64,000 nucleotides of DNA from Paracoccaceae bacterium (GCA_958296035.1 OY282431.1:2214037-2278036), one strand, 5' to 3'; numbered from the stretch's first letter, positions 12,478 through 25,657 are shown. The notes: a model not told the origin generated them from the letters alone. Numbers and translations: made by a program.

Positions 12478-13515
12478 TTATCCTCCGACAGTCCAACGGG
12501 CATAGATTCCGAAAAGCCAGCCATATTGTGCAAATAGCCCGGAAACCGCTACCCAACCCAGAGATACCGGCAGAAACACCTTCCACCCCAGCCGCATGAG
12601 CTGGTCATATCGGTAACGGGGAACAACCGCCTTGACCATTGCGAAAAGGAAGAAGAACACTGCCATTTTTCCGATCATCCACAACGCTCCGTCGGGAAGT
12701 CCAGGGATCGGCGAAAGCCAGCCACCGAAGAACAGCACCGACATGAGTGCGCACATCAACAGAATGGCTGCATATTCTCCCATCATGAACAGGAGAAACG
12801 GTGTTGACGAGTACTCGACCTGATACCCGGCCACGAGTTCGGACTCTGCCTCGGGCAAATCAAATGGCGGCCGGTTTGTTTCGGCAAGAGCTGACACGAA
12901 GAACAGTACGACCATCGGCAGGTGCGGCAGCCAGTACCAGCTGAAGAATCCCGCCGGACCATCCTGCGCGCGCACGATGTCCGAGAGATTGAGTGAACCC
13001 GTTGTCACCAGCACGCCGACGATGATGAAGCCTATCGACACCTCGTAGGAAATCATTTGTGCAGCCGAACGCAGCGATCCGAGGAAGGCATACTTCGAAT
13101 TTGAAGCCCAACCACCCATGATCACGCCATAGACCTCGAGCGAAGAAATAGCGAAGACATAGAGTATGCCGATATTGAGATTCGCCAGCACCCAACCGTC
13201 GGCGAAGGGAATGACCGCCCAGGCGCCAAGAGCCAGTACAAAGGAGATGATCGGCGCAAGAATAAAGACCTGCCGATCTGCACCGGCCGGAATGACGATC
13301 TCCTTGAGCAGATACTTGAGAGCATCTGCGACCGACTGCAGCAGCCCGAATGCACCAACCACGTTGGGGCCACGACGCATCTGCACGGCAGCCCAGATCT
13401 TGCGATCGCCATAGACCAGAAAAACAAGCGTAATAAGAACAAACGCCGTAAGCACCAGGCACTGGGCGAGTATGATTATCAGGATTCCGAGCCCGCTGCC
13501 CCAAAACTCGCTCAT
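12478..13515 (-). CDS. nuoH: NADH-quinone oxidoreductase subunit H
   Basis: Polytopic ND1-like protein. Start set to [10 protein letters not shown] (ATG 13515). Confidence 0.92.
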   Translation of the reverse strand: MSEFWGSGLGILIIILAQCLVLTAFVLITLVFLVYGDRKIWAAVQMRRGPNVVGAFGLLQSVADALKYLLKEIVIPAGADRQVFILAPIISFVLALGAWAVIPFADGWVLANLNIGILYVFAISSLEVYGVIMGGWASNSKYAFLGSLRSAAQMISYEVSIGFIIVGVLVTTGSLNLSDIVRAQDGPAGFFSWYWLPHLPMVVLFFVSALAETNRPPFDLPEAESELVAGYQVEYSSTPFLLFMMGEYAAILLMCALMSVLFFGGWLSPIPGLPDGALWMIGKMAVFFFLFAMVKAVVPRYRYDQLMRLGWKVFLPVSLGWVAVSGLFAQYGWLFGIYARWTVGG

Positions 13516-13633
13516 GGTGACGTCAGCCTCGCTCCGCAGCAAGCCTGAATCGTGACATCGGAGCCTGGTCGCCGACCCAACACATTGTGATGGATCTGCC
13601 GGCCGCTGTGTGACGTGTCATTAACCGGGCCCG

Positions 13634-15646
13634 TCACGGCGCTTCCGGAATCTGCTGGTGCCGACCATTCGAAAGTGCGGACATTTCGGCCATTACAGCT
13701 GATGCTCTCGAGATTGGATTGGTGAGATAGAAGTCCCCAGCACTGCTGATTATTGGCGCGTTTCCTCCCGTGTATTGCCGCGGTGATTGCAACGGGTTGG
13801 CAGGAACCATGTCGATGTCCTCGAGATACGGAACCTCTTCGAAGAGCTTGCTGCGCAACTCGGCTTGCGTGTCAAAGAATAGCGGTTGACCAATGGCCGC
13901 GGACAAGGCGCGTATGATGGCCCAGTTTTCCTTGGCCTGGCCGGGCGGGAAACTCGCCCGCTGGGCCAGTTGCGGTCGACCCTCTGTATTGACAAAGATT
14001 GCCGATTCTTCGGTATAGGCAGCCGCTGGCAGGATTATGTCCGCCCTGTGGGCGCCTCTGTCACCATGGCTTCCCTGATAAATCACGAACGGGCCTTCCG
14101 GAATGTCCATCTCGTCGACGCCAAGGCTGTAGATTACTTCTGCATCGGCAAGCGCTTCGTCAATTCCACCGACGCAACTGAAACCGACGTCGAGCGCCCC
14201 GACGCGACCGGCTGCCGCGTGAAGAATCAGAAGCCCGGCTCCCTGCCTTGCCAGTGCCAGAGAAAGTGCCAGGATTTCATTGCCGCCGTCATGGCGCAAT
14301 GCCGCCTGCCCGACAATCACCAGCATGCCTTCGACCGAGTCCTGGAGCGCAATCTCGCAGAATGCGCGCAGGCTGTCGACATCATTCCCCAGCTGCTGCG
14401 CAGGGTAGGTCAGGTCGGTGACGTCACCGAAGTTCTCGACACGGGCGCCATCCAGCCAGGCCAGCCGAATTCGGGCGTTGAGAACCGGTACCTCATTGCG
14501 CGGATTTGTGCCCACCAGGATGATACGTCTGGCCGAATCTATGTCTTCAATGCGCGCCGTACCTGCGTAGCCGGCGCGACTGTTCGTGTCGAGGGCAGCG
14601 CCATCTACCCGACACTCGCATTTGCCATCCACCAGTTCAATCAGTTTGCGCAGCGCAAATGTTGCTTCAACCGGCACCAGATCGCCGGCCAGGGCACTGA
14701 CGCGGCGGCCGCTTGCCAGAACCCCGGCTGCTGCTTTCAAGGCGGTGTCCCAGTCGCAGGGCTCAAGAACGCCCTGATTGCGGACATAGGGTCGATCGAG
14801 GCGCTGGCACTTCAAACCGTCCCAGACAAACCGCGTCTTGTCGCTGATCCACTCCTGGTTGATGCCGTCATGGTTGCGAGGCAGGATGCGCATGACCTGG
14901 CGTCCTCGGGAATCGACCCGAATATTGGACCCCAGCGCGTCCATGACATCTATCGTTTCTGTCTTGGTCAATTCCCATGGCCGGGCTACAAATGCATAGG
15001 GCTTCGAAGTCAGGGCTCCAACCGGACACAGGTCGATGATGTTGCCCTGCAAGTTGGAGTCCAGGCTCGAATTGAGATAGCTCGTGATCTCGACATCCTC
15101 GCCCCGGCCGATTTGCCCCATCTGGGTGATTCCGGCGACTTCGGTCGTGAAGCGAACGCATCTGGTGCAGGAAATGCACCGCGTCATGTGGGTCTCGACA
15201 AGTGGCCCAAGATCGAGATCGTTGACGGCACGTTTGGGTTCGACATAGCGACTGAAGTCAATGCCGTACGCCATGGCCTGATCCTGAAGATCACACTCGC
15301 CCCCCTGGTCGCATATCGGGCAGTCAAGTGGATGGTTGACCAGCAGGAATTCCATAACACCGTGCCGTGCCTTTCTGACCACCGGGCTCGAGGTCAGAAT
15401 CTGGGGCGGTGAACCGTCTCGTCCAGGACGAAGATCCCTGACCTGCATGGCACATGATGCGACCGGCTTGGGAGCGCCGACAACCTCGACCAAACACATG
15501 CGACAGTTGCCGGCGATTGACAGACGCTCGTGGTAGCAGAACCGCGGAATCTCGACACCTGCCAGTTCACAGACCTGAATTAGCGTCAACTCGCCCGGCA
15601 CCGAAGCTTCGTTACCATCTACAACCACCTTGTACTGATCAGGCAC
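13634..15646 (-). CDS. nuoG: NADH-quinone oxidoreductase subunit G
   Basis: N-terminal 2Fe-2S/4Fe-4S cysteine pattern ([29 protein letters not shown]). 670 aa. Confidence 0.92.
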   Translation of the reverse strand: MPDQYKVVVDGNEASVPGELTLIQVCELAGVEIPRFCYHERLSIAGNCRMCLVEVVGAPKPVASCAMQVRDLRPGRDGSPPQILTSSPVVRKARHGVMEFLLVNHPLDCPICDQGGECDLQDQAMAYGIDFSRYVEPKRAVNDLDLGPLVETHMTRCISCTRCVRFTTEVAGITQMGQIGRGEDVEITSYLNSSLDSNLQGNIIDLCPVGALTSKPYAFVARPWELTKTETIDVMDALGSNIRVDSRGRQVMRILPRNHDGINQEWISDKTRFVWDGLKCQRLDRPYVRNQGVLEPCDWDTALKAAAGVLASGRRVSALAGDLVPVEATFALRKLIELVDGKCECRVDGAALDTNSRAGYAGTARIEDIDSARRIILVGTNPRNEVPVLNARIRLAWLDGARVENFGDVTDLTYPAQQLGNDVDSLRAFCEIALQDSVEGMLVIVGQAALRHDGGNEILALSLALARQGAGLLILHAAAGRVGALDVGFSCVGGIDEALADAEVIYSLGVDEMDIPEGPFVIYQGSHGDRGAHRADIILPAAAYTEESAIFVNTEGRPQLAQRASFPPGQAKENWAIIRALSAAIGQPLFFDTQAELRSKLFEEVPYLEDIDMVPANPLQSPRQYTGGNAPIISSAGDFYLTNPISRASAVMAEMSALSNGRHQQIPEAP

Positions 15647-15747
15647 GCATTAGATCCCTTGTCAAAGTGTTCAATTCCAGTGTCGGCCGCAGTCCATTTC
15701 GATGGGGCGCAAGTCTCGCACTGTCCTGGGTTGCCATGCGGTCCATC

Positions 15748-17037
15748 CTAGGCTGCAATCCGATCGACATTCCACCGGCCGGTCTTGATGCGATCCTCCA
15801 TCTCATCCCTGAAATGTCGAATGAGCCCCTGAATTGGCCAGGCCGCCGCATCGCCAAGGGCACAAATGGTGTGGCCCTCAACCTGTTTGGAAACATCATA
15901 AAGCATGTCGATTTCGGAAATATCTGCATCACCCTGAACAAGTCGCTCCATGACCCGCATCATCCACCCGGCACCTTCCCGGCATGGTGTGCACTGTCCA
16001 CAGCTTTCATGTTTGTAGAACTTCGACAAACGCCAGATGGCCTTGATGACATCGGTAGACTGATCCATGACGATTACTGCTGCAGTTCCCAGCCCGGAAC
16101 CATTTTCGCTGAGCCAGCCAAATTCCATCAGGGCGTTGTCGCATAGGCGCTTCGGCAACAGCGGCACCGAAGAACCGCCAGGAATAACTGCCTTGAGATT
16201 GTTCCAGCCGCCGCGGACGCCGCCGCAATGCTTGTCAATGAGCTCGCGCAGGGAAATCGCCATTTCCTCCTCGACCACACACGGGCTGTTGACATGGCCG
16301 CTAATGGCAAAGATCTTGGTGCCTGTACTGTTCTTGCTCCCGAGGTCGGCAAACCACGAGGCTCCGCGTCGAAGAATGGTGGGGACAACTGCAATGGATT
16401 CGACATTGTTGACGGTTGTCGGGCAACCCCACAGTCCTATCGCAGCCGGAAAGGGTGGCTTCATGCGCGGCATCCCCTTCTTGCCTTCAAGGCTCTCGAG
16501 CAACGCCGTTTCTTCGCCACAAATGTAGGCGCCAGCTCCATGGTGCAGGTAGAGATCGAAATCCCAGCCCGAACCGGCCGCATTGCGACCCAGCAGTCCG
16601 GAAGCATACGCTTCGTCCATGGCACGCTGCAGGAGCTGTCGCTCACGGATGAACTCGCCGCGGATATAGATGTAGCCGGTTTCGGACCCCATAGCGAAAC
16701 CTGCCAGCAGGCAACCCTCGATCAATGTGTGCGGGTCGTGCCGCATGATTTCGCGGTCCTTGCATGTCCCGGGCTCGGATTCATCTGCGTTGACAACCAG
16801 ATAGTGGGGGCGACCATCCGACTTCCTGGGCATGAAGCTCCACTTCAGGCCGGTTGGAAAGCCGGCTCCGCCTCGACCTCTCAGACCACTCTTCTTGACC
16901 TGATCGATGATCCAGTCGCGGCCCTTGGCCATGAAGTCGGCCGTGCCATCCCAATGTCCCCTGCGACGGGCACCGGCAAGGCTGCATTCGTGCATACCGT
17001 AGAGATTTGTAAATATGCGATCTCGATCAGATAGCAT
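15748..17037 (-). CDS. nuoF: NADH-quinone oxidoreductase subunit F
   Basis: FMN/NADH-site motif [19 protein letters not shown] and C-terminal 4Fe-4S cysteines ([12 protein letters not shown]). Start set to MLSDRDRIF (ATG 17037). Confidence 0.92.
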   Translation of the reverse strand: MLSDRDRIFTNLYGMHECSLAGARRRGHWDGTADFMAKGRDWIIDQVKKSGLRGRGGAGFPTGLKWSFMPRKSDGRPHYLVVNADESEPGTCKDREIMRHDPHTLIEGCLLAGFAMGSETGYIYIRGEFIRERQLLQRAMDEAYASGLLGRNAAGSGWDFDLYLHHGAGAYICGEETALLESLEGKKGMPRMKPPFPAAIGLWGCPTTVNNVESIAVVPTILRRGASWFADLGSKNSTGTKIFAISGHVNSPCVVEEEMAISLRELIDKHCGGVRGGWNNLKAVIPGGSSVPLLPKRLCDNALMEFGWLSENGSGLGTAAVIVMDQSTDVIKAIWRLSKFYKHESCGQCTPCREGAGWMMRVMERLVQGDADISEIDMLYDVSKQVEGHTICALGDAAAWPIQGLIRHFRDEMEDRIKTGRWNVDRIAA

Positions 17038-17091
17038 TGCATCTCCTTCGCACCGCACAGAACCACCTTGTCATGCCGTCTGGTCGCGACA

Positions 17092-17757
17092 TCACACCTC
17101 CCGGCGCCTGCTTGCCGACTGGACCGCCAGTGCAACGGCAGGTGCCAATCTCGGTTTCTCGCCGTCTCGTGAAAGGCTGGTCAACCCGCCTGCCGGCTCG
17201 GACGAGTAGCGCCCTCGACGCGATCCTGGTACGGGGCATCCGCCTTCGGCAAACTGGTCGAGAATCTCGGACAGATCGGCTACCGAAAGGTCTTCGTAAT
17301 AGTCGGAACCAATCTGCACCATGGGGGCGTTTGCACAGGCCCCCAGGCATTCGACTTCTTCCCAGCTGAAACGGCCACACTCGGATAGCTGGTGCGGTTG
17401 TCTGGCAATCTTCTGGCGGCATGCCTCGACGAGATCTTCGGCACCGCAGATCATGCAGCATGTGGTGCCACAAACCTGGACATGGGCAACCGAACCGATC
17501 GGCTGCAACTGAAACATGAAGTAAAACGTTGCGACCTCGTAGGCACGGATATGCGGCAATCCCAGCATGTCGGCCACATGTTCGCATGCCGGCCGGGTCA
17601 ACCAGCCCTCCTGTTTCTGGGCACGCCACAGGAGGGGGATAATGGCCGAGGCCTGGCGGCCATCAGGGTACTTCGTCAACTGCCTTTCTGCCCAGGCATA
17701 ATTCTCGGCAGAAAATGCGAATGTGTCGGGTTGCACGGAATGAAATTTTCGCTGCAT
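17092..17757 (-). CDS. nuoE: NADH-quinone oxidoreductase subunit E
   Basis: Thioredoxin-like 2Fe-2S cysteines ([21 protein letters not shown]). 221 aa. Confidence 0.9.
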   Translation of the reverse strand: MQRKFHSVQPDTFAFSAENYAWAERQLTKYPDGRQASAIIPLLWRAQKQEGWLTRPACEHVADMLGLPHIRAYEVATFYFMFQLQPIGSVAHVQVCGTTCCMICGAEDLVEACRQKIARQPHQLSECGRFSWEEVECLGACANAPMVQIGSDYYEDLSVADLSEILDQFAEGGCPVPGSRRGRYSSEPAGGLTSLSRDGEKPRLAPAVALAVQSASRRREV

Positions 17758-17823
17758 GGCGCTACACCGCGGACCGGGTTGGGCGTATGGAAAGGGAAAC
17801 CAGAGGACCCGGCCGAGGCAGCA

Positions 17824-19029
17824 TCATCGATCAATCTCCCCGAACACGACATCCAGTGACCCGATTACTGCCGACACATCGGCCAGCAGGTGTCCTTTGC
17901 AAAGGTAATCCATCGCTTGCAGATGCGGAAACCCCGGGGCTCGAATTTTGGCCTTGTACGGACGGTTGCTCCCGTCGGACACCAGGTAAACGCCAAACTC
18001 GCCCTTGGGCGCCTCCACGGCTGCATAGACCTCACCCTCCGGAACCCGAAAGCCTTCGGTGTACAATTTGAAATGATGAATCAATGCCTCCATTGACTCC
18101 TTCATGTCCTTGCGCCTGGGCGGCGAAATCTTGCCTCTGGTCAACACATCACCACTTGCTGATGCGAGTTTCTCGATTGCCTGGCGAATGATCTTCCGGC
18201 TTTCTTCCATTTCTGCCATGCGGCAAAGGTAGCGGTCGTAGCAATCCCCGTTGCGACCAACAGGAATCAGGAAGTCGAACTCATTGTAGCACTCATAAGG
18301 CTGGGCTCGTCGCAGGTCCCACTGCAGCCCCGAGCCGCGTATCATGACGCCGGAAAACGACCAGTCCAGTGCTTCCTGTTCGCTGACAACCGCGATATCG
18401 ACATTTCGTTGTTTGAAGATACGGTTCTCGGTCAACAGTTCATGGATATCGTTCACGACGCGAGGAAACGTTTCGGTCCAGGCGTAGATGTCTTCGAGCA
18501 GCTCGGGCGGAAGGTCCCTGTGCACGCCTCCCGGGCGGAAATAGGCAGCATGGAGCCGTGCACCGCAAGCACGCTCGTAAAACACCATGAGTTTCTCGCG
18601 CTCCTCAAAGCCCCACAACGGCGGGGTAAGCGCGCCGACATCCATGGCCTGGGTCGTAACGTTGAGGAGGTGATTGAGAATACGGCCGATTTCCGAATAC
18701 AGCACACGGATCAGGGAGCCACGGCGCGGCACTTCCGTGTTGGTCAGTTTTTCGATTGCCAGGCACCAGGCATGCTCCTGGTTCATGGGTGCTACATAAT
18801 CCAGCCGGTCGAAGTAGGGCAGATTCTGCAAATAGGTGCGGCTCTCCATGAGCTTTTCGGTTCCTCGATGGAGGAGCCCGATATGCGGGTCGCAGCGAGT
18901 CACAACCTCGCCATCCAGTTCGAGAACCAGCCGCAACACACCATGTGCCGCCGGGTGTTGTGGCCCGAAATTTATGTTGAAGTTGCGAATGTTTTCCTCA
19001 TTCGTGACCCGCCGCCGGTCTACGGTCAT
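17824..19029 (-). CDS. nuoD: NADH-quinone oxidoreductase subunit D
   Basis: [15 protein letters not shown] motif. Start set to MTVDRRRV (ATG 19029). An alternative start at 19128, immediately after the nuoC stop, cannot be excluded. Confidence 0.9.
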   Translation of the reverse strand: MTVDRRRVTNEENIRNFNINFGPQHPAAHGVLRLVLELDGEVVTRCDPHIGLLHRGTEKLMESRTYLQNLPYFDRLDYVAPMNQEHAWCLAIEKLTNTEVPRRGSLIRVLYSEIGRILNHLLNVTTQAMDVGALTPPLWGFEEREKLMVFYERACGARLHAAYFRPGGVHRDLPPELLEDIYAWTETFPRVVNDIHELLTENRIFKQRNVDIAVVSEQEALDWSFSGVMIRGSGLQWDLRRAQPYECYNEFDFLIPVGRNGDCYDRYLCRMAEMEESRKIIRQAIEKLASASGDVLTRGKISPPRRKDMKESMEALIHHFKLYTEGFRVPEGEVYAAVEAPKGEFGVYLVSDGSNRPYKAKIRAPGFPHLQAMDYLCKGHLLADVSAVIGSLDVVFGEIDR

Positions 19030-19128
19030 GTCCAACCCCCGAAAACCATGGAACACGGGGACAACTGACATCGAGCCCGGCGCACAACATCCCGTCGATG
19101 AAACAGGGCTACTCGCAATTGGGTGCAC

Positions 19129-19737
19129 CTAGCCCTCATCGGATGCGTCCTTCTGTCCCGACATCGCCGCCATGCCTTCCCATGGGCTCAGGAAATCGAA
19201 CTGACGATACTCCTGTACAAGTTTGACCGGTTCGTAAACGACCTTCTTCTGAACTTCATCATACCGGACCTCCGCATAACCCGTGAGCGGGAAATCCTTC
19301 CTGAGAGGGTGACCCTGAAATCCGTAATCAGTGAGCAAGCGCCGAAGGTCGACATGGCCCGAAAACCGAATGCCGTACATGTCGAAGATTTCCCGCTCGA
19401 ACCAGTTGGCACTAGGAAAAACTTCCATGATCGATGGTACGGATTCCGATTCCAGAATCGGCACCTTGATCCGAATGCGACTGTTGTGCTCCATCGAGAG
19501 CAAGTGGTAAACGACCACGAAACGCCGTTCCCTGTCCGGAAAATCGACCGCGGTAATGTCGACAAGGGTTGTGAATCGACACGCCGGATCAGACCTCAGA
19601 AACTCGAACAGATCGCCCAGGCTGGGAGCAACGGCCTCAACAACCATTTCGTCTCTGCAATAGCCTGCCGAAAGCACGGAATCCGCCTGCAAGGATGCAA
19701 TCCTCTCCAGGAGTAGCCTGCCCTTTTCCCTGTTCAC
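19129..19737 (-). CDS. nuoC: NADH-quinone oxidoreductase subunit C
   Basis: 202 aa. Position between nuoB and nuoD. 30-kDa-subunit-like sequence ([11 protein letters not shown]). Confidence 0.9.
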   Translation of the reverse strand: MNREKGRLLLERIASLQADSVLSAGYCRDEMVVEAVAPSLGDLFEFLRSDPACRFTTLVDITAVDFPDRERRFVVVYHLLSMEHNSRIRIKVPILESESVPSIMEVFPSANWFEREIFDMYGIRFSGHVDLRRLLTDYGFQGHPLRKDFPLTGYAEVRYDEVQKKVVYEPVKLVQEYRQFDFLSPWEGMAAMSGQKDASDEG

Positions 19738-19746
19738 GGCCGACGC

Positions 19747-20651
<905 letters not shown>

Positions 20652-21068
20652 CCTGCCACGGGTCTGGCTCGGTGCTCGGCAAGACCAGAACCTACGGTCC
20701 AGGTCGCGACAAGCCGTCTTCGGGTCGCATTACCTGTCCATTGGTCTTGTCAGGACCGTCGCCTCTTCGGCGGCTGATTACCAGTAATTCGCTGCAACCG
20801 CAACGAAATCGGCTGGCCGCGAACCGAATCCTCCGAGGATACTGACCTGTCGTCCGGAATCTCCACGGTGTCGCCAAAACGGGTTTGTGCTCGCTCTCCG
20901 ATACGCATTCATCCTGTTTGTAATTTGTTGTACGCTGCAACAAGTGATACAGAATCTACAAGGTGCCGACTACATGATTGCTGTAGCCTTCCAAATTGCC
21001 CGGTGCTTAGCCATTCGAAAGAGAGCACATCCCAGATGCACGCTGCATCCCGTGGTTTGGAGAGATGC

Positions 21069-22229
21069 ATGACTGATTCACATCGAATTCTATTCGTGGA
21101 CGACGAACCGGATGTTAAGCCTCTGATTATTCAGAGGATGCGGCGGGAAATCAGAAAGGGCGTCTACAGCTTCGAGTTTGCCGGCAACGGTCTTGAGGCA
21201 ATTGACGTGTTGACCGCCGATTCGACAATCGACCTGGTCGTATCCGACATCAACATGCCAGGCATGGATGGCCTTACCCTCTTGAAGCAGATCCCGGCGA
21301 TCAACCCCAACATCAGGGCAATCATCGTTTCTGCATATGGTGACATGAAGAATATCCGTCGAGCGATGAACCTTGGCGCATTCGACTTCGTTACCAAGCC
21401 GATCGACTTCGTGGATCTTAAACTCACCATCCAGCGAACCATGTCACACCTTATCAAGTGGCGAGAAGCGCTTGCGTCTCGTGACAAGCTGATCTCGTTG
21501 AACAATGAATTGTCGCTGGCCAACAAGATCCAGCAATCGATTTTGCCTACCGTCCTCCCGCGAACAGACAAATTTGAAATCTTCGGTCGCATGGAACCGG
21601 CTCGGGATATCGGTGGCGATTTTTTCGATGTCTTCAGGTTATCCGACACGCAGACCGGACTGGCCATCGCCGATGTATCGGACAAGGGAATACCGGCGGC
21701 TTTGTTCATGATGTCGAGCCGAACACTGCTGAAGGGGTCGGCGATCGGTGATCCCAACCCGGATCGAGTCCTCGGAGAAGTCAACATGCTTCTCAATCAG
21801 GAAAATCCTGCCGGAATGTTTGTTACGGTACTTTATGCCATCTTCGATCACCGAAACAGTACCGTAACCTTCGCCAATGGCGGGCACAACCTTCCATTAC
21901 TCGTAAAGTCAGATGGGAGTTCAAGTTATCTTGGTCTGCCTAGTGGAATCGCTCTGGGCGTGTTTGATGGCTTCGAATACGAGGTCACTGAATGCCAGCT
22001 TACACCTGGCGATCACCTTGTACTTTACACCGATGGCGTAACCGAAGCCATGAATGTGGATGGAGACCTGTTCGGAGAAGACCGATTGCAGGAGATTATA
22101 AAGGAGTCGGTAGACCGCAAAGAAAGGGATTTGACCCGACCAATTGTTGAGGCCGTGCATGTCTTCAGCAGTGGGGTGCCTCAGTCCGATGACATAACCT
22201 GTTTGACGCTGACTATACGGGGGGGTTGA
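21069..22229 (+). CDS. response regulator fused to a PP2C/SpoIIE-type serine phosphatase (RsbU-like)
   Basis: Receiver domain (ILFVDDEPDV, VVSDINMPGMDG, FDFVTKP). PP2C motifs (GGDFFDV, IADVSDKGIPAAL, YTDGVTEA, DDITCL). Start set to MTDSHRILF (ATG 21069). Confidence 0.85.
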   Translation: MTDSHRILFVDDEPDVKPLIIQRMRREIRKGVYSFEFAGNGLEAIDVLTADSTIDLVVSDINMPGMDGLTLLKQIPAINPNIRAIIVSAYGDMKNIRRAMNLGAFDFVTKPIDFVDLKLTIQRTMSHLIKWREALASRDKLISLNNELSLANKIQQSILPTVLPRTDKFEIFGRMEPARDIGGDFFDVFRLSDTQTGLAIADVSDKGIPAALFMMSSRTLLKGSAIGDPNPDRVLGEVNMLLNQENPAGMFVTVLYAIFDHRNSTVTFANGGHNLPLLVKSDGSSSYLGLPSGIALGVFDGFEYEVTECQLTPGDHLVLYTDGVTEAMNVDGDLFGEDRLQEIIKESVDRKERDLTRPIVEAVHVFSSGVPQSDDITCLTLTIRGG

Positions 22230-22657
22230 CCGTGCCTCTTAATCAGTTGAGTTTTCGCATCGATTACGTTGAGAACCAGTGGAAGATGATCGACGACGCT
22301 GTAACCTTGTTGTCATCCATGGAGGCCTGGTCACCGGATGTAGAAAGTAATGTCAGGCTGTTTGTCGAAGAATTGTGCCTGAATCTCCTCTCGCATGGCG
22401 CTGCGTCGACCGAAACGTTCTTTGAAGCAGACCTGATCTGTACAGGCGATGCGGTGACGTTTGTTCTTCGCGATACCGGGCCAAAATTTGACCCACTGAC
22501 TGACGTAGCAGAACCATCTCTAGATGCGTCAATCGAAGATCGTCCACTCGGAGGATTGGGCGTTCATCTTGTACGCTCTCTTGCTGACGACATGACCTAC
22601 GAGCGCAAGGACGGCCAAAACGTTGTTACAGTGGTTGTAAGAAGGAACAACGAATAA
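22226..22657 (+). CDS. anti-sigma regulatory factor / RsbW-like serine kinase (HATPase_c)
   Basis: 143 aa with an N-box-like EELCLNLLSH, a G1-like RDTGPKFDP and a G2-like GGLGVHLV. TTG start overlaps the upstream stop (TTGA). Confidence 0.75.
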   Translation: MTVPLNQLSFRIDYVENQWKMIDDAVTLLSSMEAWSPDVESNVRLFVEELCLNLLSHGAASTETFFEADLICTGDAVTFVLRDTGPKFDPLTDVAEPSLDASIEDRPLGGLGVHLVRSLADDMTYERKDGQNVVTVVVRRNNE

Positions 22658-23338
22658 GAAGCTTGTACAGTGACCGCCGCCAAATCGGGTTTGGTGCCGG
22701 GGCTCTCTACAGTTGAGTCCGGCATTTGAATGTCGTCGATGTTCGAGCCTGGCAAACACAGGGCGAGTAATGTCCGCACATGGCAATTTACCATCGGGTC
22801 CCCTAACCTTCAGCCCCCGAACCGACGAATTGCTCGGAGTGACGCAGGCGTTTCGCGTCAAGGCCTCGCTAAAGTGCGGTTGTGTACAATTGCCGATTGC
22901 CATGGAGCGGACCGGTCACTGCCTATCTTGGGAGTTCGCGGTGGACTAAGGGCCATCATCGAATGTGCACCGGGCGGGCAGCAACAAAAGGGTCACCGAA
23001 CTCCCCTGGAGCGCAGTGTCGGGAACGGCGGTAGCGGGAGATGATGCACTCCCGTAAAGTGAGAAATACCCTGACTGCTGCAGTCCAGGACCTGACTGGA
23101 CCAGGGTCGGCTTGAAGGCACTGTTGAATAGTGGGCTCTTCCGTGGAAATGTGCTGTAATCGGGGTTGTATGGTCGAGCATGCCCGTACACTCGCTTTTG
23201 GTCGATCTCTGGACGACAGGGAATCACTCGCACCGGGAAGTCAGACTTTCAGTGAATTGCGGACGCCACTGAAACCGACGGAATGGAAACTGGGCGGGCT
23301 CCTGCGGCTCTCTGGCCGCAGTATCCCCGGCAAACTGG

Positions 23339-24043
23339 ATGAATGAGATTTTTCAGGGCCTGCTGGAGGCAGTGGGCCTTATACTTTCCTTCGACCGCGA
23401 TCTTGTCGACATTACCTTACGCTCGCTGCAGGTTTCGTTGACAGCGGTGGCAATAGCTACAGCAATCGGCGCACCGGTCGGTTCGTGGCTGGCAGTAACC
23501 CGTTTCAGGGGCCGTCGCCAGACGATTGCCATCGTCAATGCGCTGATGGGGCTGCCACCAGTTGTGGTCGGGTTGTTTGTATATGTCATGCTGAGTCGTT
23601 CCGGACCGCTGGGCGTATTGGGTCTGCTGTTTACACCGACAGCCATGATCATTGCACAGGTCATCATCGCAACGCCACTGATCATCTCGATCAGCCATCA
23701 GGGATTGAGAGAGTTGTGGGCCCAGTATCACGACCTGCTGATATCATTGAATACAACCAGGTGGCAGCGCATGCGCACGCTGATATGGGATGGTCGACGG
23801 GCACTGCTGACTGCCGCACTGGCGGGCTTCGGGCGGGCAGTCGGCGAGGTCGGGGCAATAATGATCGTGGGAGGAAACATCGACCAGGCGACGCGCGTCC
23901 TGACGACGGCAATTGCTCTGGAAACAAGCAAGGGAAACTTCTCGCTTGCCATCGGTCTCGGCCTTGTCCTTATTGCACTGGCTATCGCCGTGAACATGGC
24001 CATTCACAACATGCTGCGTACGGAGCGCGCCAGCCTGTGGTGA
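23339..24043 (+). CDS. tupB: tungstate-type ABC transporter permease
   Basis: 234-aa polytopic permease. The LPPVVVGL, FGRAVGEVGAIMIVGGNI and ALETSKG blocks are typical of TupB-like permeases. Confidence 0.72.
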   Translation: MNEIFQGLLEAVGLILSFDRDLVDITLRSLQVSLTAVAIATAIGAPVGSWLAVTRFRGRRQTIAIVNALMGLPPVVVGLFVYVMLSRSGPLGVLGLLFTPTAMIIAQVIIATPLIISISHQGLRELWAQYHDLLISLNTTRWQRMRTLIWDGRRALLTAALAGFGRAVGEVGAIMIVGGNIDQATRVLTTAIALETSKGNFSLAIGLGLVLIALAIAVNMAIHNMLRTERASLW

Positions 24044-24756
24044 TGAAGTCGATTTTGCCAGGCGTCGTCTCGAATGCCAGCGCCAGGCGACGCGGAGTCA
24101 ACCTCGTCGGACCGGTTGACCTGACCGTTTCCGGACCGGGGACAACGATGATTATCGGCCCGAATGGATCGGGGAAGACGTCGCTGTTGAGAATGATGCA
24201 TGGTCTCGAGCGAGTACGATCGGGCACAGTATCGTGGGCTGTCCCCACGGAGCAGGCCCGGCAACATCAGGCATTTGTCTTTCAGACACCGATATTGATG
24301 CGCCGCAGCGTCGTCGACTGTATTGCATATCCGCTCATTGTCCGCGGCGTGCCGAAGAAGCAGGCAAGGGTGGCGGCGGCAGAGTGGGCACAAAGAGTGA
24401 ACCTGGGAGATACCCTGAAGCAGCCCGCATCATCATTGTCGGGGGGAGAGCGTCAGAAAATGACCCTGGCAAGGGCACTGGTCATCAAACCCGAGCTGCT
24501 GTTTCTGGACGAACCCTGTGCCAGCCTTGATGGCAGATCGACGCGTGAAATCGAGGACCTGCTGGCGCAGGCTCGCGCCGACGGCACGACGATCGTAATG
24601 TCAACGCACGATCTCGGGCAGGCTCGTCGCATGGCCGATGACGTGGTCCTGCTCCTGCACGGGAGAATCCACGAAACCGGCAAGGCACAGGAGTTCTTTC
24701 ACAATCCTTCGACTGACGAGGGCAAGTCTTTCCTGGCTGGAGGAATCGTCGAATGA
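24043..24756 (+). CDS. tupC: ABC transporter ATP-binding protein (tungstate-type)
   Basis: Walker A GPNGSGKT, signature LSGGERQ, Walker B LLFLDEP. Start set to MKSILPG (ATG 24043, TGATG overlap). The 423-aa ORF-track extension overlaps tupB out of frame. Confidence 0.75.
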   Translation: MKSILPGVVSNASARRRGVNLVGPVDLTVSGPGTTMIIGPNGSGKTSLLRMMHGLERVRSGTVSWAVPTEQARQHQAFVFQTPILMRRSVVDCIAYPLIVRGVPKKQARVAAAEWAQRVNLGDTLKQPASSLSGGERQKMTLARALVIKPELLFLDEPCASLDGRSTREIEDLLAQARADGTTIVMSTHDLGQARRMADDVVLLLHGRIHETGKAQEFFHNPSTDEGKSFLAGGIVE

Positions 24757-25565
24757 GAAATCTACTGGCTGGCATCGTGGCACTGAACATGGTCCTGTGC
24801 CCGGCCTCCGCCTCTGACACGATGCGTCTGGCGGTGACAACCTCGTTCCACAATAGCGGCCTGAGCGACGTCCTGCTTCCCGCCATCGCCGAGGAACTGG
24901 CAGTGAAGGTGCATCTGCTTGTTGTCGGAACCGGGCAAGCGCTTCGGCTCGGACGGAATGGCGATGTCGATGCCGTCCTTGTACATGCCAGGGATGCCGA
25001 AGAGCGCTTCGTCGAGGCGGGATATGGCGTGCGTCGATGTGAGATCATGTACAATGACTTTGTGATTCTTGGCCCCCGGTCTGATCCCGCAAAAGTTGCC
25101 TCGACCGACAGCGCCGTCGGCGCATTTCGCGCCGTTGCGGAGGCGCAGGAAAGGTTTGTGAGCCGCGGGGATGAATCCGGAACCCATTTGCGGGAACTGG
25201 CAATCTGGTCGCAAGCTGACCTCGATCCGCAGGATTTTGGATCCTGGTATAGTGAAGTGGGCGCCAGCATGGGTGCATCGCTCAACACCGCGTCGGGGCT
25301 TGACGCCTATATCCTGGCGGACAGGGCCAGTTGGCTCACTTTCGGCAACAAGGGTGATCTCGCCATGCTGTATTCAGGGGACAGTTCGCTTCACAACCAG
25401 TATGCGTATCTGCGCGTCAACCCGGCCCTGCATCCCCACGTCAAGGCAGAACCGGCAAGGCGTCTCGAAAACTGGTTGTCAGGTCCTGGAGGAAAGCGTC
25501 TGATTGACGGATATCGCCTCAACGATCAGCCCCTGTTCACACCCAATGCGTCGTGTACCGGGTAA
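24753..25565 (+). CDS. tupA: tungstate-type periplasmic substrate-binding protein
   Basis: Signal peptide, then TTSFHNSGL, GTGQAL and FVSRGDESGTH blocks as in TupA-family binding proteins. ATGA overlap with tupC. Confidence 0.72.
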   Translation: MRNLLAGIVALNMVLCPASASDTMRLAVTTSFHNSGLSDVLLPAIAEELAVKVHLLVVGTGQALRLGRNGDVDAVLVHARDAEERFVEAGYGVRRCEIMYNDFVILGPRSDPAKVASTDSAVGAFRAVAEAQERFVSRGDESGTHLRELAIWSQADLDPQDFGSWYSEVGASMGASLNTASGLDAYILADRASWLTFGNKGDLAMLYSGDSSLHNQYAYLRVNPALHPHVKAEPARRLENWLSGPGGKRLIDGYRLNDQPLFTPNASCTG

Positions 25566-25657
25566 CCTGGCCGTTCCATATTGGTCCGAAGGCTCCAGCC
25601 CGTCCGCTGTTCAAGCCTCTGTGTCGTTCTCCCGGGTCGAAAACCTCGGTCCGGATA

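Noticed and set aside
19030-19128. 99-nt spacer between nuoC and the chosen nuoD start, which is also readable as an N-terminal extension of NuoD ([15 protein letters not shown]...).
   Set aside because: The extension is not NuoD-like. It is treated as a start-site ambiguity rather than a feature.
22658-23338. A 680-nt gene-free leader upstream of tupB. I looked for a Moco (molybdenum/tungsten cofactor) riboswitch and noted a 7-bp hairpin, CTGCGGC-TCTCTG-GCCGCAG, at about 23.30 kb.
   Set aside because: I could not find the conserved Moco-motif segments as I remember them. A single short hairpin is not evidence. An Rfam/Infernal scan (RF01055) is needed.
23485-24042. N-terminal 186-aa extension of the ABC ATPase ORF (the ORF track gives 23485-24756, 423 aa).
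   Set aside because: The extension overlaps tupB in another frame and is Arg/Gly/His-rich junk. The ATPase begins at ATG 24043, which overlaps the tupB stop.
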